Origin: an uncultured delta proteobacterium
Lineage (GTDB): Bacteria; Desulfobacterota; Desulfomonilia; UBA1062
Reading direction: 5' to 3'
Assembly: GCA_963752595.1 (NCBI GenBank)
Contig: CAVVYZ010000024.1
Span: 1-64,000 of the forward strand
DNA: 64,000 nt
Notes under the pieces: generated by a model
Databases searched by the model: none
The model's input: the letters and a program-made list of their open reading frames with translations, nothing else
What the model was told of the DNA's origin: nothing
Part shown: piece by piece, positions 38,478 to 48,204 of the stretch
Position numbering within the stretch: position 1 is the first letter of the stretch
How the letters are laid out: the number at the start of each line of letters is the position of its first letter
Translations under genes and position numbers: made by a program

Positions 38478-38939
38478 TCAACTATTGTCCAGAACTCTCT
38501 TCAGGGCCGGCTTGATGGATCCATAGAGGACGATCATCATAAACGGTGCTGCCAGGGCCCAGACAAAGGCTGCCTGCAATGTGGTGTCACCGAGGAGTCT
38601 TAGATTCTGGGTGAAATCGGATCTGAAAAGGGTCGTGAAAGATAGCGCATCCCGGGTCAGAGGATGAGCTCCGAAAAGATACGCCCCGGTTATGAAAAAA
38701 GGGACGAAGAGTACTATCTGCAGGGGATAGGCTACCCAATTCCCCACCTGGGTCACCACGATATTCAGACGGAACAGGAGGGCGACGGCGATACAGAGGA
38801 CCGAAGTCACACCCAGGACAGGAAGCGTCCCCAGGGTAATGCCCCATGCCATGCTCAGGGCGAGTTTTCCCGGGGTGATCCCCTGCCTGAGCAGGTCGCT
38901 CACCGGCCCGATGATCCTGGAAGAGATGTATTTTCGCAT
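38478..38939 (-). CDS. DUF2062-family membrane protein
   Basis: LLRQGITPGKLALS...LGTLPVLG...LFRLN...NWVAYPLQ pattern. Confidence 0.8.
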   Translation of the reverse strand: MRKYISSRIIGPVSDLLRQGITPGKLALSMAWGITLGTLPVLGVTSVLCIAVALLFRLNIVVTQVGNWVAYPLQIVLFVPFFITGAYLFGAHPLTRDALSFTTLFRSDFTQNLRLLGDTTLQAAFVWALAAPFMMIVLYGSIKPALKRVLDNS

Positions 38940-39282
38940 ATGGTATTATTCTTTAACCTATTTAAACTCAACCGGCAACCGGCAAATCTCAAGGAAATAC
39001 CGGCTACTGACGTTCCTATATGTTCAAGGATACCATCCTGCGACGAATTATCAACAATCCATCAATGCTTACCAAGAAGATCCCGGCTCAATGACTGTCC
39101 TTTGAAACAAGCTCGGAAGGAGGAGGAACAACCATATAGCCTTCCTCCTAATGCCCTAAAACGCCCAAGCCATCTCGTCTTTACGGATTGCGGAGAAAGG
39201 CATTTTCAGCTATAGGATAGTGAAAGAACATTGGCAGTCACGTGTTCTCATAACCGCGTATTAAACTCATGGGGAGATGTAT

Positions 39283-39756
39283 ATGAAAGCCAGAGATCTG
39301 ATGGTGCCGGTGAATGCGTTTCTGATGCCCGAAGACGGGATAGAGGAGTTTTCCAAGAATATCCGCATAGTACGGTCCTGGGAAAAGACATGCGGGGTAA
39401 GGTCCCTGCCGGTCCTTGATGCTGCAGGAAAGCTTGTGGGCATACTATCCATGTATGACATTCTCAAGGCGGTATATCCGTCCTATCTCTATGAGACCGA
39501 TTTGAGCCTGTTCACCTGGGATGGGATGCTGGAGTCACTGGCAACGAAGATCAAGGGTAAGAAGGTGGTCAATTTCATGAGCAAGGCCGTTATTACCGTG
39601 AAAGACGACCACCCGCTTATGGAGTGTGTCGATCATATGCTCAAGCATCGTATATCGACTCTCCCGGTTGTCGCCCATGACGGGAAGCTGCTGGGCATGA
39701 TCTTTGAAAGCGAAGTGTTCTTCGCCGTTGCAGACGCCCTGTTTGGAGGTAAATAA
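39283..39756 (+). CDS. CBS-domain protein
   Basis: KARDLM, LPVLDAAGKLVGILS, LPVVAHDGKLLG; TAATG overlap with the next gene. Confidence 0.88.
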   Translation: MKARDLMVPVNAFLMPEDGIEEFSKNIRIVRSWEKTCGVRSLPVLDAAGKLVGILSMYDILKAVYPSYLYETDLSLFTWDGMLESLATKIKGKKVVNFMSKAVITVKDDHPLMECVDHMLKHRISTLPVVAHDGKLLGMIFESEVFFAVADALFGGK

Positions 39757-41093
39757 TGAGCCCGCAAGCTGCTTTCTGGATTGCCACCGCCATCTTTCTC
39801 CTGGCCTATGCGCTGATCATCTCCGAAAAAATCCATAAGACCATCGTCGCCCTGGTGGGCGCGGCATTGATGATGATCCTGGGCATCCTCACCCAGGAGG
39901 AGGCTTTCCACTCTCCCGAACTCGGCGTTGACTGGAACGTCATCTTCCTGCTCTTTTCAATGATGGTGATCATCAATATCATGCGGCCCACCGGGATATT
40001 CGAGTATATTGCAGTCAGGAGCGCCAAGTTTGCCAAGGGCAAGCCTTTCATGATCATGGCCGTATTCTCGGTGGTGACGGCCGTCATATCCGCATTCCTC
40101 GATAACGTCACTACGGTCCTCCTTATCGCGCCCGTCACCCTGCTCATCTGCGAGGCTCTAGAACTGGATGTGGTGCCCTACCTCATCACCGAAGCTCTGG
40201 CATCGAACATGGGCGGGACCGCAACCCTGATCGGAGACCCCCCCAATATCATGATCGCCTCCAAGGCAGGCCTTGACTTCATGGCCTTTGTTTACAATCT
40301 CGCTCCGGTAGTGATCATAATCCTGGCAGTTTATGTCATTACCCTGAAGTTCATCTTCGGCAAAAAGCTGACCGTGAAAGAAAACCTGCGTCAGCGCATC
40401 ATGGCCATGGACGAGAATGAGGCCATCAAGGACCCGGTGCTGATCAAAAAATCTCTGTTCGTGCTAGCGATTACCATGACAGGCTTTGTCCTTCACGGCA
40501 TGCTCCACATGCAGCCTGCCACAATCGCCCTTTTCGGGGCTGCGACGCTGCTGCTCATTTCCGGCATCAAAGAACCGCATCACATCCTGTCCGAAGTTGA
40601 GTGGACAACCCTTTTCTTCTTCATCGGGCTCTTCATCATCATCGGCGGCGTGGTCAAGGTAGGGCTCATCGGGCTCATGTCGGTCAAGGTACTCGAATTA
40701 ACCCAAGGCAGCCTCTTTGCAACGAGCATGGTAGTCATATGGTTCTCGGCCTTTGCCTCAGCCTTCATCGATAATATCCCCTACGTGGCAACCATGAACC
40801 CGCTCATCATCGACATGGCCAAGCAGCTCTGGCCTAACTTGCAGGGAACGGCCCTCCTCCACCACCCGGACCTCATGCCCCTGTGGTGGTCTCTCGCCTT
40901 GGGCGCCTGTCTGGGCGGCAATGGCACCGCCATCGGTGCGTCGGCCAATGTCATCATCGTCGGCATGGCCGAAAAGATGGGCAGGCCCATCTCGTTCAAG
41001 AAGTTCATGTACTACGGCATGCCGCTCATGATCGAATCCGTGATCATAGCTACGATCTATGTCTGGCTGAGGTACTACGTCCTGCATATCTGA
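39756..41093 (+). CDS. ArsB/NhaD (ion transporter superfamily) permease
   Basis: SAFLDNVTTVLL, ASNMGGTATLIGDPPNIMI, AFIDNIP, LGGNGTAIGASAN. Confidence 0.92.
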   Translation: MSPQAAFWIATAIFLLAYALIISEKIHKTIVALVGAALMMILGILTQEEAFHSPELGVDWNVIFLLFSMMVIINIMRPTGIFEYIAVRSAKFAKGKPFMIMAVFSVVTAVISAFLDNVTTVLLIAPVTLLICEALELDVVPYLITEALASNMGGTATLIGDPPNIMIASKAGLDFMAFVYNLAPVVIIILAVYVITLKFIFGKKLTVKENLRQRIMAMDENEAIKDPVLIKKSLFVLAITMTGFVLHGMLHMQPATIALFGAATLLLISGIKEPHHILSEVEWTTLFFFIGLFIIIGGVVKVGLIGLMSVKVLELTQGSLFATSMVVIWFSAFASAFIDNIPYVATMNPLIIDMAKQLWPNLQGTALLHHPDLMPLWWSLALGACLGGNGTAIGASANVIIVGMAEKMGRPISFKKFMYYGMPLMIESVIIATIYVWLRYYVLHI

Positions 41094-41136
41094 GGCAACG
41101 GCCTGTGCCGAGCACTGCTGATAGGTAAAAACAATA

Positions 41137-41170
41137 AGGCAATCCCAGAAAAGCATATCCGGGATTGCCT
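41137..41170 (+). terminator. Hairpin after the transporter gene
   Basis: AGGCAATCCC...GGGATTGCCT 10-bp stem. Confidence 0.55.
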
Positions 41171-41222
41171 CGCCTTACCTCACCTCAAAGAAAGAGACAG
41201 CTTTGCTGCAGGTCCATGACTA

Positions 41223-42094
41223 GGGTGTGTTTGCAAAGCTCATAACCAGAGGAATATAGCACCGATGACCCGCATGGAGCGATAACTGTCTGCTCGTTTA
41301 TCATATCTTGTTGCTATGGAGCGGAATTGTTTGAGCCTGTTGATGAGCCGTTCGATCCGGTTTCTCATCCGATAGGCTGCACGGTCGAATGGACCACCCC
41401 GTTTATTATTGCTCTTCCTCGGGATCGTTACATGGATGCCATGTTTCGTAAGATACTCTCTGATCCACTGGGCGCTATATCCCTTGTCTCCGACGATGCG
41501 TTCGGGGCGATTTCTTGGTCTCCCTCCATGGAGCCGATTGATCGACCCATGTTCCATAAGGTCAAGGAAAGCTGTGGTGTCATGAGCTTCGCCGGGAGTA
41601 AGGGCAACCGTTATCGGTTTGCCTTCTCCTTCCGCCCGGAGGTGGACCTTGGTCGAGAATCCACCTCGACTACGGCCAAGAGCCTCTTCTCTCTGCCCCC
41701 TTTTTTTGCACCCGCTGCATTCTGGTGTGCTCTTACAACCGTGGTATCAATGAAATGGACCTCCCAATCCACATGTCCTTCCGAATCCGAGTCGATCTGC
41801 AGCTCAGAGAGTATCCGGTCCCATACCCCGGCATCTCTCCACCTGCGAAAACGACTGTGTATGGTCGACCATGACCCGTATCTCTCCGGGATGTCCCGCC
41901 AGGGAGCCCCGGTTTTCACCTTCCAGAGGATCCCATTGATGATCTTACGATGGTCTTCCGCGGGCCGTCCTGTTTCTGGTTTCCGGGCCGGGAGATATCC
42001 TTTGAGCTTTTCCCATTGCTTCTCTGTGAGTTCATGCCTTCTGTTCATTCCTATTTCGATGCTGTGGCTTAGTATTAAGTTTGCACACAGGCCG
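41223..42094 (-). mobile_element. IS5-family (IS427 group) insertion sequence, ~870 bp
   Basis: Imperfect TIRs GGTGTGTTTGCAAA / GGCCTGTGTGCAAA flanked by TA(G); two-ORF transposase. Ends are uncertain by about 1 bp. Confidence 0.85.
41240..42048 (-). CDS. IS427-group transposase, OrfA/OrfB joined by a -1 frameshift
   Basis: OrfA TGAPWRDIPERYG...IDTTVVRAHQ; A7G5 run at ~41696-41707; -1 frame reads LGRSRGGFSTKVH...GDKGYS...YRMRNRIERLINRLKQFRSIATRYDK. Confidence 0.88.
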
Positions 42095-42201
42095 TAGTCA
42101 CCGCCGGTCCGATCATTCTCAAGAGCCTTTTATCCGGAACAATTTGCCCTTGCCCTTCACAGCATTATTCTATGCTTAAAATTCTCATCGAAGGGCGCCT
42201 G

Positions 42202-42345
42202 ATGGAGGACAATAAAGTTAGTGGCGGATCGGTGCTTATGGCACAGCTCATGTCGCCGGAAGATGCGAATATCGCAGGCAATGTCCATGGCAGCGTGATC
42301 ATGAAGCTCATCGATGATGCAGCCGGAACGGTCGCTGCGAGGCAT
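42202..42345 (+). pseudogene. 5' fragment of a hotdog-fold acyl-CoA thioesterase (YciA-like)
   Basis: LMSPEDANIAGNVHGSVIMKLIDDAAGTVAARH; homology stops at ~42345. Confidence 0.75.
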
Positions 42346-42548
42346 ACGTGTTCGCCCATGCGCGTGAGCAGGGCCCTGGTCTCGTAACGGGTGATATTCT
42401 GGGCCTCGTCAATGATGACGATGGCATCGTCGATATTCATTCCCTTGATAAAAATAAGGACTTTGTTCTCCTGCCTGTTCCTGAACACTTCCAGACAATC
42501 CGGATTTTCAATTAGGGCATTCGTGTCGAGGATATAAACCTTCTGCAT
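42345..42548 (-). pseudogene. PIN-PhoH (PhoH2-like) gene remnant with a large internal deletion and truncation
   Basis: PIN start KVYILDTNALI joined in frame to the PhoH piece FIKGMNIDDAIVIIDEAQNIT...LLTRMGE. Confidence 0.78.
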
Positions 42549-42731
42549 CGTTCTCTTGGTGCGTTAACCTGCTTTTTTCAACGAGGCCACTGTACACCAG
42601 GCGAACCGCCCCTATTGCAAGGTACAATTGAAGGGCTTTTTACCTGCCCGGCCCATGGAGGGGGCGGCCTCTTTCATCGGCTCTCCCGGACGATTCGAGG
42701 GTGAATCTGGCCACACATCAACATGCAAAGT

Positions 42732-43517
42732 TTACGGCTGATCGGGGAATTCTTTCTTTGCAGAATTCCAGATCGCGTCCATCTCTTCGAGGCTCATGTC
42801 TTCGAGCAGGACACCCTTTTTTTTCGCTTCATCCTCAATCTTTGAAAATCGCTTTCGGAATTTCCGGTTCGTCTTTCTCAGGGCCGCCTCGGGGTCGACC
42901 CCGGTATATCTCGCCAGGTTCACGATGCTGAAGAGCAGGTCACCGATCTCGCTCTCGATCTCTTTTCCATCCTGCTTCTGAATTGCCTCATGAAGTTCTT
43001 CCGCCTCTTCCCTTACCTTATCGAGCACCCCTTCCGGGTCCTTCCAGTCAAACCCCACCCGGGATGCCGCGGATTGTATCTTGCGGGCATAGAGCAGACC
43101 GGGCAGAGCCTCCGGGATGCCGTCCAGGATGGATTTCCTTTCCGACTTGCCTTCTTCTTTTTTCTTCAGGCGGTCCCAGTTCCTGATAACCTCTCTGGAG
43201 TCTGAAACGTCCTCATCCCCGAAAACGTGAGGGTGGCGATAGATGAGCTTGTCCGCCAGGTCGTTGATGACATCCTTGATGGTGAACTCACCCAGGTCCT
43301 TTCCAATGATACTGTGAAAGACCACCTGGAGCAACAGATCGCCGAGTTCCTCGCGGAGGTGGCCCACGTCACCTTCATCGATGGCATCCACAAGCTCGTA
43401 TGCCTCTTCTATTGCGCATCGGGAGATGCTTTTATGGTTCTGCTCCGCATCCCAGGGGCAACCTCCCGGGGCCCTGAGCTTCTCGAATATCTCCACCAGC
43501 CGGTCGAATTCTTCCAT
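42732..43517 (-). CDS. mazG: Nucleoside triphosphate pyrophosphohydrolase MazG
   Basis: LRAPGGCPWD, EEAYELVDAI, EELGDLLLQVVFH, RHPHVF, GFDW, EIGDLLF. Confidence 0.95.
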   Translation of the reverse strand: MEEFDRLVEIFEKLRAPGGCPWDAEQNHKSISRCAIEEAYELVDAIDEGDVGHLREELGDLLLQVVFHSIIGKDLGEFTIKDVINDLADKLIYRHPHVFGDEDVSDSREVIRNWDRLKKKEEGKSERKSILDGIPEALPGLLYARKIQSAASRVGFDWKDPEGVLDKVREEAEELHEAIQKQDGKEIESEIGDLLFSIVNLARYTGVDPEAALRKTNRKFRKRFSKIEDEAKKKGVLLEDMSLEEMDAIWNSAKKEFPDQP

Positions 43518-43885
43518 AGTTCTTATCCTCTCTGTACCGCTTAAGCGTTGGTCCTTAAGTGAAAGCCGCTCCTGCATAACGTGATGCAGGATAAAAAGTG
43601 ATACATCCTCCCGCAGGAATTGCAAGAATCATATCCCAGACCTTGCCCCAAGGACAAGGGAAGACAGAAGTAAATTCTTTTTGAGAATAGTATTTATCCC
43701 TTGAAAAACATGTAATGATATGGCGATATACTTAATCCAAGGATGCGTTTGCAAATTGCCACCTCTGCATATGCAAAGGGCTCTTTGGTATTTCCCTTTG
43801 CCCTCACACGGAACGGCGTATAAGAAGCTGCAGTGATTCCTGGTTTGCATGCACACCCTAATTCAGATAAGGCAGGTGTATCAGT

Positions 43886-44389
43886 ATGAGGGAAATGTAT
43901 TACTTTTTTACCCAACATCCCTTTTTCACCGGGTTTCTTATCGGGATCATGGTGGCATTCGTTATGTGGGTAAGGGGTCTTCTGAAGCTGAGAAGCCTTC
44001 GAAAGGAAATAGAGAATCTCAAGGAGAGCCTTTATACCAAGCTTACGATCGAGGCCAAAGGCCATATGACCAGGGAAAATGAGCTGGAGGAACTGAAAAG
44101 ACAGAACGAAAATTTGAGGGTCACGGTCCAATCGCTGCAGCAGAAGCCCGGCCGTGCAGAGATCCGTCAGCTCCATGTATATGACAAGGCCGTCCATGCC
44201 ATGCTCGCCAGGGCGCCGGGATTTGCACCTACCTGGGAAATGGTCATCCATGAAGCAGAAGACGAGGTCCGGCAGACGGAAACCGGCATCAGTGCTTTTT
44301 TCCGAAGGGTATTCATCCCCCAGGGGCCGATGCCGAAAGAAGGAAGCAGTACCAAGCTCATTGATCACGAAGAAAAGAAAGAAGAGTAG
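43886..44389 (+). CDS. Hypothetical membrane-anchored coiled-coil protein
   Basis: N-terminal TM segment followed by an E/K/L-rich helical region. Confidence 0.7.
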   Translation: MREMYYFFTQHPFFTGFLIGIMVAFVMWVRGLLKLRSLRKEIENLKESLYTKLTIEAKGHMTRENELEELKRQNENLRVTVQSLQQKPGRAEIRQLHVYDKAVHAMLARAPGFAPTWEMVIHEAEDEVRQTETGISAFFRRVFIPQGPMPKEGSSTKLIDHEEKKEE

Positions 44390-44390
44390 C

Positions 44391-45842
44391 TTAAAGCTCT
44401 ATGGCCGGGCACTCCGGGCGTTCCATGCAGACCGAGGGGGCATGCCTTTCTATCACCCGCATGGATTTCCATTTTCCCCCGCGGAACCGTGTGAAAAAAG
44501 ACAAACCCAGGATGATCCCGTACAGCGATGCGATGGCCCACCCTACGTAAATCCCGCCTCCCAGCAGGACGATCCCGATATAGCTGGGGATCACGAGAAC
44601 GAAGAAAGAGACGGCTACGATCATATACATGACGAAACGCGTGTCTCCGGCCCCCTTCAATGCCGAGGCAAAGATGATGTTGAGGGTGTCGAACAGGGAA
44701 TAAACTGCTACGAATCTCAGCAGGATGGTGGTAAGGCCCCGGATATCCTCGAACGCCCCCTGGTCCGCCCTGGCGGCAAACGGCTCGATGAACAGTCCGG
44801 GAACGGCCACGTACAGGACTGAAATGGAAGCCATGTACAGAAAAGTCATGATGAAACCCGAGTATACACTCCTCTGGGCAAGGTCGGGCCTATCCTTTCC
44901 GAGATATTGCCCGACGAGCACCGAGATGGCGATGCCCACCCCGATCATGGGCATGAAAGCAATTGTATTGATATTGAAAGCGATATTTGTCGCAGCCAGA
45001 CTTACCGTGCCGAGCCTGCCCATGATCATGATAAAAGCGGTGAAGCCGGCCATGTCCAGAAAGAACTGGATGCCCGAAGGCACCCCGAACCGTATGAGCC
45101 GCAAGAAAAGTTCCTTATCAGGCCTCCACCCGATGAGGGTATGAAACGCATGGGAGTACGATGGCCGGACAACGATCACGGCATATGCGAAAAAGTTATA
45201 AAACCCGGCTATTATCGTGGCGATGGCAGCTCCTTTGATGCCCATTTCCGGTATGCCCATGAATCCGAATATCAGAAGATAATCAAAGACTATATTGATT
45301 GCCGTCATGGTAATATTGACCCACATGACGATCCAGGTCTTTCCCATCCCGGAAAAGAAACTGGACAGGGCTGCAGAAGCGATCACCGGTGCAGAGCCTA
45401 TGCAGAGATACTGGAAATAGATAATCTCATTCTCCCGGACAGCTGGAGGATGACCGATCCATTCGAACATAGGTCTTGCCAGGGGAATAATGGACAAGAT
45501 CACGATGCCGCCGATCATTGCCACATAGAGGCCTTGCCAGAGAGCCGGACCTATGCGGCTGAGCCTGTTCGCGCCGTAATACTGGGCCACAAAGGTGCCT
45601 ACATAACTGGCGGTTCCTATGAAAAGGCTCATGACCGTGAAATTCAGGATACCCGAGGGGGATGCGGCGGCAATGGTTTCAGGAGAATACCAGGCGAGGA
45701 ACATGCGGTCCACAAATTGCTGCAACGACCAGGACCCCGTGCTCAGAACTAGGGGGAGAGCCAGCTTGAGCACCTCGCGAAATCCCCCGGGTTTGTCCCA
45801 CTGTTCCCGAAGCACGTGCCGATTATCTCTTTTCATGTTCAT
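44391..45842 (-). CDS. MATE-family efflux transporter (start uncertain)
   Basis: LALPLV, FVDRMFL, VAQYYGA, MGIKGAAIAT, VGQYLG, ALKGAGDT. Confidence 0.93.
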   Translation of the reverse strand: MNMKRDNRHVLREQWDKPGGFREVLKLALPLVLSTGSWSLQQFVDRMFLAWYSPETIAAASPSGILNFTVMSLFIGTASYVGTFVAQYYGANRLSRIGPALWQGLYVAMIGGIVILSIIPLARPMFEWIGHPPAVRENEIIYFQYLCIGSAPVIASAALSSFFSGMGKTWIVMWVNITMTAINIVFDYLLIFGFMGIPEMGIKGAAIATIIAGFYNFFAYAVIVVRPSYSHAFHTLIGWRPDKELFLRLIRFGVPSGIQFFLDMAGFTAFIMIMGRLGTVSLAATNIAFNINTIAFMPMIGVGIAISVLVGQYLGKDRPDLAQRSVYSGFIMTFLYMASISVLYVAVPGLFIEPFAARADQGAFEDIRGLTTILLRFVAVYSLFDTLNIIFASALKGAGDTRFVMYMIVAVSFFVLVIPSYIGIVLLGGGIYVGWAIASLYGIILGLSFFTRFRGGKWKSMRVIERHAPSVCMERPECPAIEL

Positions 45843-46086
45843 ATCACCCGGGAGTCCGGTATCTTGCAACTATCCCCACTCAAGCTTGAGAGCCATGCAG
45901 GGCATTTTCACCTCTGATCTAGATATTATATAAGGCTTGGGAAAAAACTCAGCAAGAAGCCTTATTCTCACCGGAACAGGAATGCTCGAACCTTTTTCCA
46001 GGTGTTTACATCAAATAAATAAAGATGACAAACAGGTAAGGAAATGATAGTTGCCTTTGTCAAAAGCACCGTGAGCGGAGGAAATC

Positions 46087-46320
46087 ATGGCTATTGAGCG
46101 CGAACAAGTGGAAAAAGCATTGGAAAAGACTCGTTCCGTCCTGCGCGGAGACGGCGGGGACGTGGAGTTCGTGGATGTCACGGGTGACGGCGTTGTCCAG
46201 GTACGTCTGAAGGGCGCCTGCGGAGGATGCCCCATGGCCACCATGACCCTGAAATCCCTGATCGAGCGCGTACTGAAAAAGGAACTCCCTGATATCAAAT
46301 CCGTACAGCAAGTACTCTAG
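46087..46320 (+). CDS. NifU/Nfu-type Fe-S cluster carrier protein
   Basis: DGGDVEFV...VRLKGACGGCPMATMTLK; GGAGG RBS. Confidence 0.93.
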   Translation: MAIEREQVEKALEKTRSVLRGDGGDVEFVDVTGDGVVQVRLKGACGGCPMATMTLKSLIERVLKKELPDIKSVQQVL

Positions 46321-46345
46321 GATACGCGTTGGTCACGCGAGACTC

Positions 46346-46376
46346 ATGAGGCCGGATGGAATATTTCCGGCCTCAT
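46346..46376 (+). terminator. Hairpin after the NifU-like gene
   Basis: ATGAGGCCGGA...TCCGGCCTCAT 11-bp stem. Confidence 0.55.
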
Positions 46377-46407
46377 TCAATCCTGCCTGCGAGATGAATC
46401 GAAACCC

Positions 46408-47412
46408 GTGGTAATCAAGGAATTTCCCTCTCTTAAGAGTATTCATGCCCTTGTCCTCCCCTTAACCGGCTTCGGCGATCTCCTCACCTCGAATATGTTC
46501 GTTCTGGGCACAGGACCGGTCACGCTCATCGATACCGGGCCGAAGTTCCAGGGTGCGTTCGAATCCGTTCATTCCAGGCTCAATAAGGCAGGGTTTGATT
46601 TTCCCGATGTGGAGCGCATCATCATCACGCACGGCCACATCGATCATTTCGGCATGACTTCGCAGATAATCCGGGCTGCAGGCCATCCCGTGCCGTGCTA
46701 TCTCCACAAGGACGACATCTGGCGTACCTTGAGCGGCTATATCAGGAAAGGGTTCTGGAGCGAAGAATCCTCGGCATTCACCCGGATGGCGGGCATGCCG
46801 GAAGCGGCCATCGTCCGCATGGAGCGGCGCTCTGCTTTCTTCAAGCATTTCTGCGACCCTCTGGAAGATGTCATCCCCTTGCAGGATGGCGATATCTTTA
46901 CCGGAAACGGCTTTCTCCTGAAGACCGTCCACACCCCCGGACATTCGCCCGGAAGCTGCTGTCTGTATGAGGAGAAAGAAAAGGTCCTCTTTACCGGCGA
47001 TCACATCATCAAGCACATCACGCCGAACCCCATTACGGAGATTCACAAGTCGTACTTAAGCGACCCTTCATACAAGAGCCTCCTGGCGTATGAAAATTCG
47101 CTGCGCAAGATCGAGGGGCTCGACGTACGGTTTGCATTCTCCGGCCACGGCGAGTACATCGACGATCTCAAAGCACTCCTTTCCCGCTACCGGGACCATC
47201 ATGAGAAGCGCAAACTCCAGATCCTCGAATCCCTTACGGACAGAGCCCGGCCTATCTACGACCTCGTGGAAGACCTCTTCCCGGATGTGCCGGAAAACGA
47301 GATCTTCCTTGCAGTCTCGGAGATCTTCTCGCACATCGAGGTGCTCATAGCAGAAGGCAGGGCGGTACTCGATCTCCACGGCCCTCCTGCCCTTTTCCGG
47401 GCGGTTTCATGA
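46408..47412 (+). CDS. Metallo-beta-lactamase-fold hydrolase
   Basis: LIDTG, THGHIDH, HTPGHSPG, FTGDH, SGHG. Confidence 0.9.
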   Translation: MVIKEFPSLKSIHALVLPLTGFGDLLTSNMFVLGTGPVTLIDTGPKFQGAFESVHSRLNKAGFDFPDVERIIITHGHIDHFGMTSQIIRAAGHPVPCYLHKDDIWRTLSGYIRKGFWSEESSAFTRMAGMPEAAIVRMERRSAFFKHFCDPLEDVIPLQDGDIFTGNGFLLKTVHTPGHSPGSCCLYEEKEKVLFTGDHIIKHITPNPITEIHKSYLSDPSYKSLLAYENSLRKIEGLDVRFAFSGHGEYIDDLKALLSRYRDHHEKRKLQILESLTDRARPIYDLVEDLFPDVPENEIFLAVSEIFSHIEVLIAEGRAVLDLHGPPALFRAVS

Positions 47413-47565
47413 AGCCCCGGCTTACTTTCAGGATCCGGCACCGCTCGTCATACATGTCCTTTCAAAATCACTATCGATATAGTAGGATTAAAATGGCTAA
47501 GATTTCAGAGCTTGATGAAGAATCCCGTAAAGGATCGGTGAGCATCTGCATGGAATATTTGATTA

Positions 47566-48204
47566 TTGCAAATCGGGCATGTACTGAGGCAGGCCTTGTA
47601 TAAGATACCTGCCCAGAATTTTCCCATCATCGAAGAGTGGATCGCACCGGGCAGCCGCGTCCTCGACCTCGGGTGCGGAGACGGATCGCTCCTGAGCACG
47701 CTGATCACCAAGAAACAGGTGGACGGGATCGGCGTCGAGATAGCTCACGACATGGTCTTACAGTGTATCCAGAAAGGGATCTGCGTCTACCAGGCGGATA
47801 TCGACAAAGACCTCTCGGAATGGGCCGACTCAAGCTTCGACTACGTGATCCTCAATTCAACTCTCCAGGTCATCACCAGGCCCTATAATGTCATCAGCGA
47901 GATGCTCAGGGTAGGAAGCTTTGCCATCATCTCCATCTCGAATTTCGGCTATATCCGAAACCGCGTCCGTGTCCTTTCCCAGGGCAGGGTGAGCTCGCGG
48001 ATCAGGCTTTCGGAGAGCTGGCATGATACCCCGGTGCTGCGCTTCGTATCCCTGAAGGAGTTCAGGTCTTCCCTCCAGGAGATCGGGGTCGAGATCATAG
48101 ATGCCAGATACTTTTTCCCCATGAACATGATGAGCCGCACCCCTGGACCGGCATACAACCTCCTGGCCAAGGAAGGTATCTTCAAGCTGAGGCGTATACA
48201 ATGA
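47566..48204 (+). CDS. metW: Methionine biosynthesis protein MetW (start uncertain, possibly TTG 47596)
   Basis: GSRVLDLGCGDGSLL, SFDYVILNSTLQ, EMLRVG, WHDTP; overlaps metX. Confidence 0.87.
   Translation: MQIGHVLRQALYKIPAQNFPIIEEWIAPGSRVLDLGCGDGSLLSTLITKKQVDGIGVEIAHDMVLQCIQKGICVYQADIDKDLSEWADSSFDYVILNSTLQVITRPYNVISEMLRVGSFAIISISNFGYIRNRVRVLSQGRVSSRIRLSESWHDTPVLRFVSLKEFRSSLQEIGVEIIDARYFFPMNMMSRTPGPAYNLLAKEGIFKLRRIQ

Noticed and set aside
41696-41707. Split IS5 transposase as a pseudogene or novelty
   Set aside because: An A7G run joining OrfA and OrfB is the normal programmed -1 frameshift of IS427-group elements
42165-42548. 127-aa ORF as a new mini PIN/PhoH protein
   Set aside because: It lacks the Walker A motif and most of the PIN domain, and its tail is antisense thioesterase sequence; it is better explained as a deletion scar
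42732-43517. mazG as part of a toxin-antitoxin or defence module
   Set aside because: Ordinary tandem-domain housekeeping MazG with no adjacent TA genes
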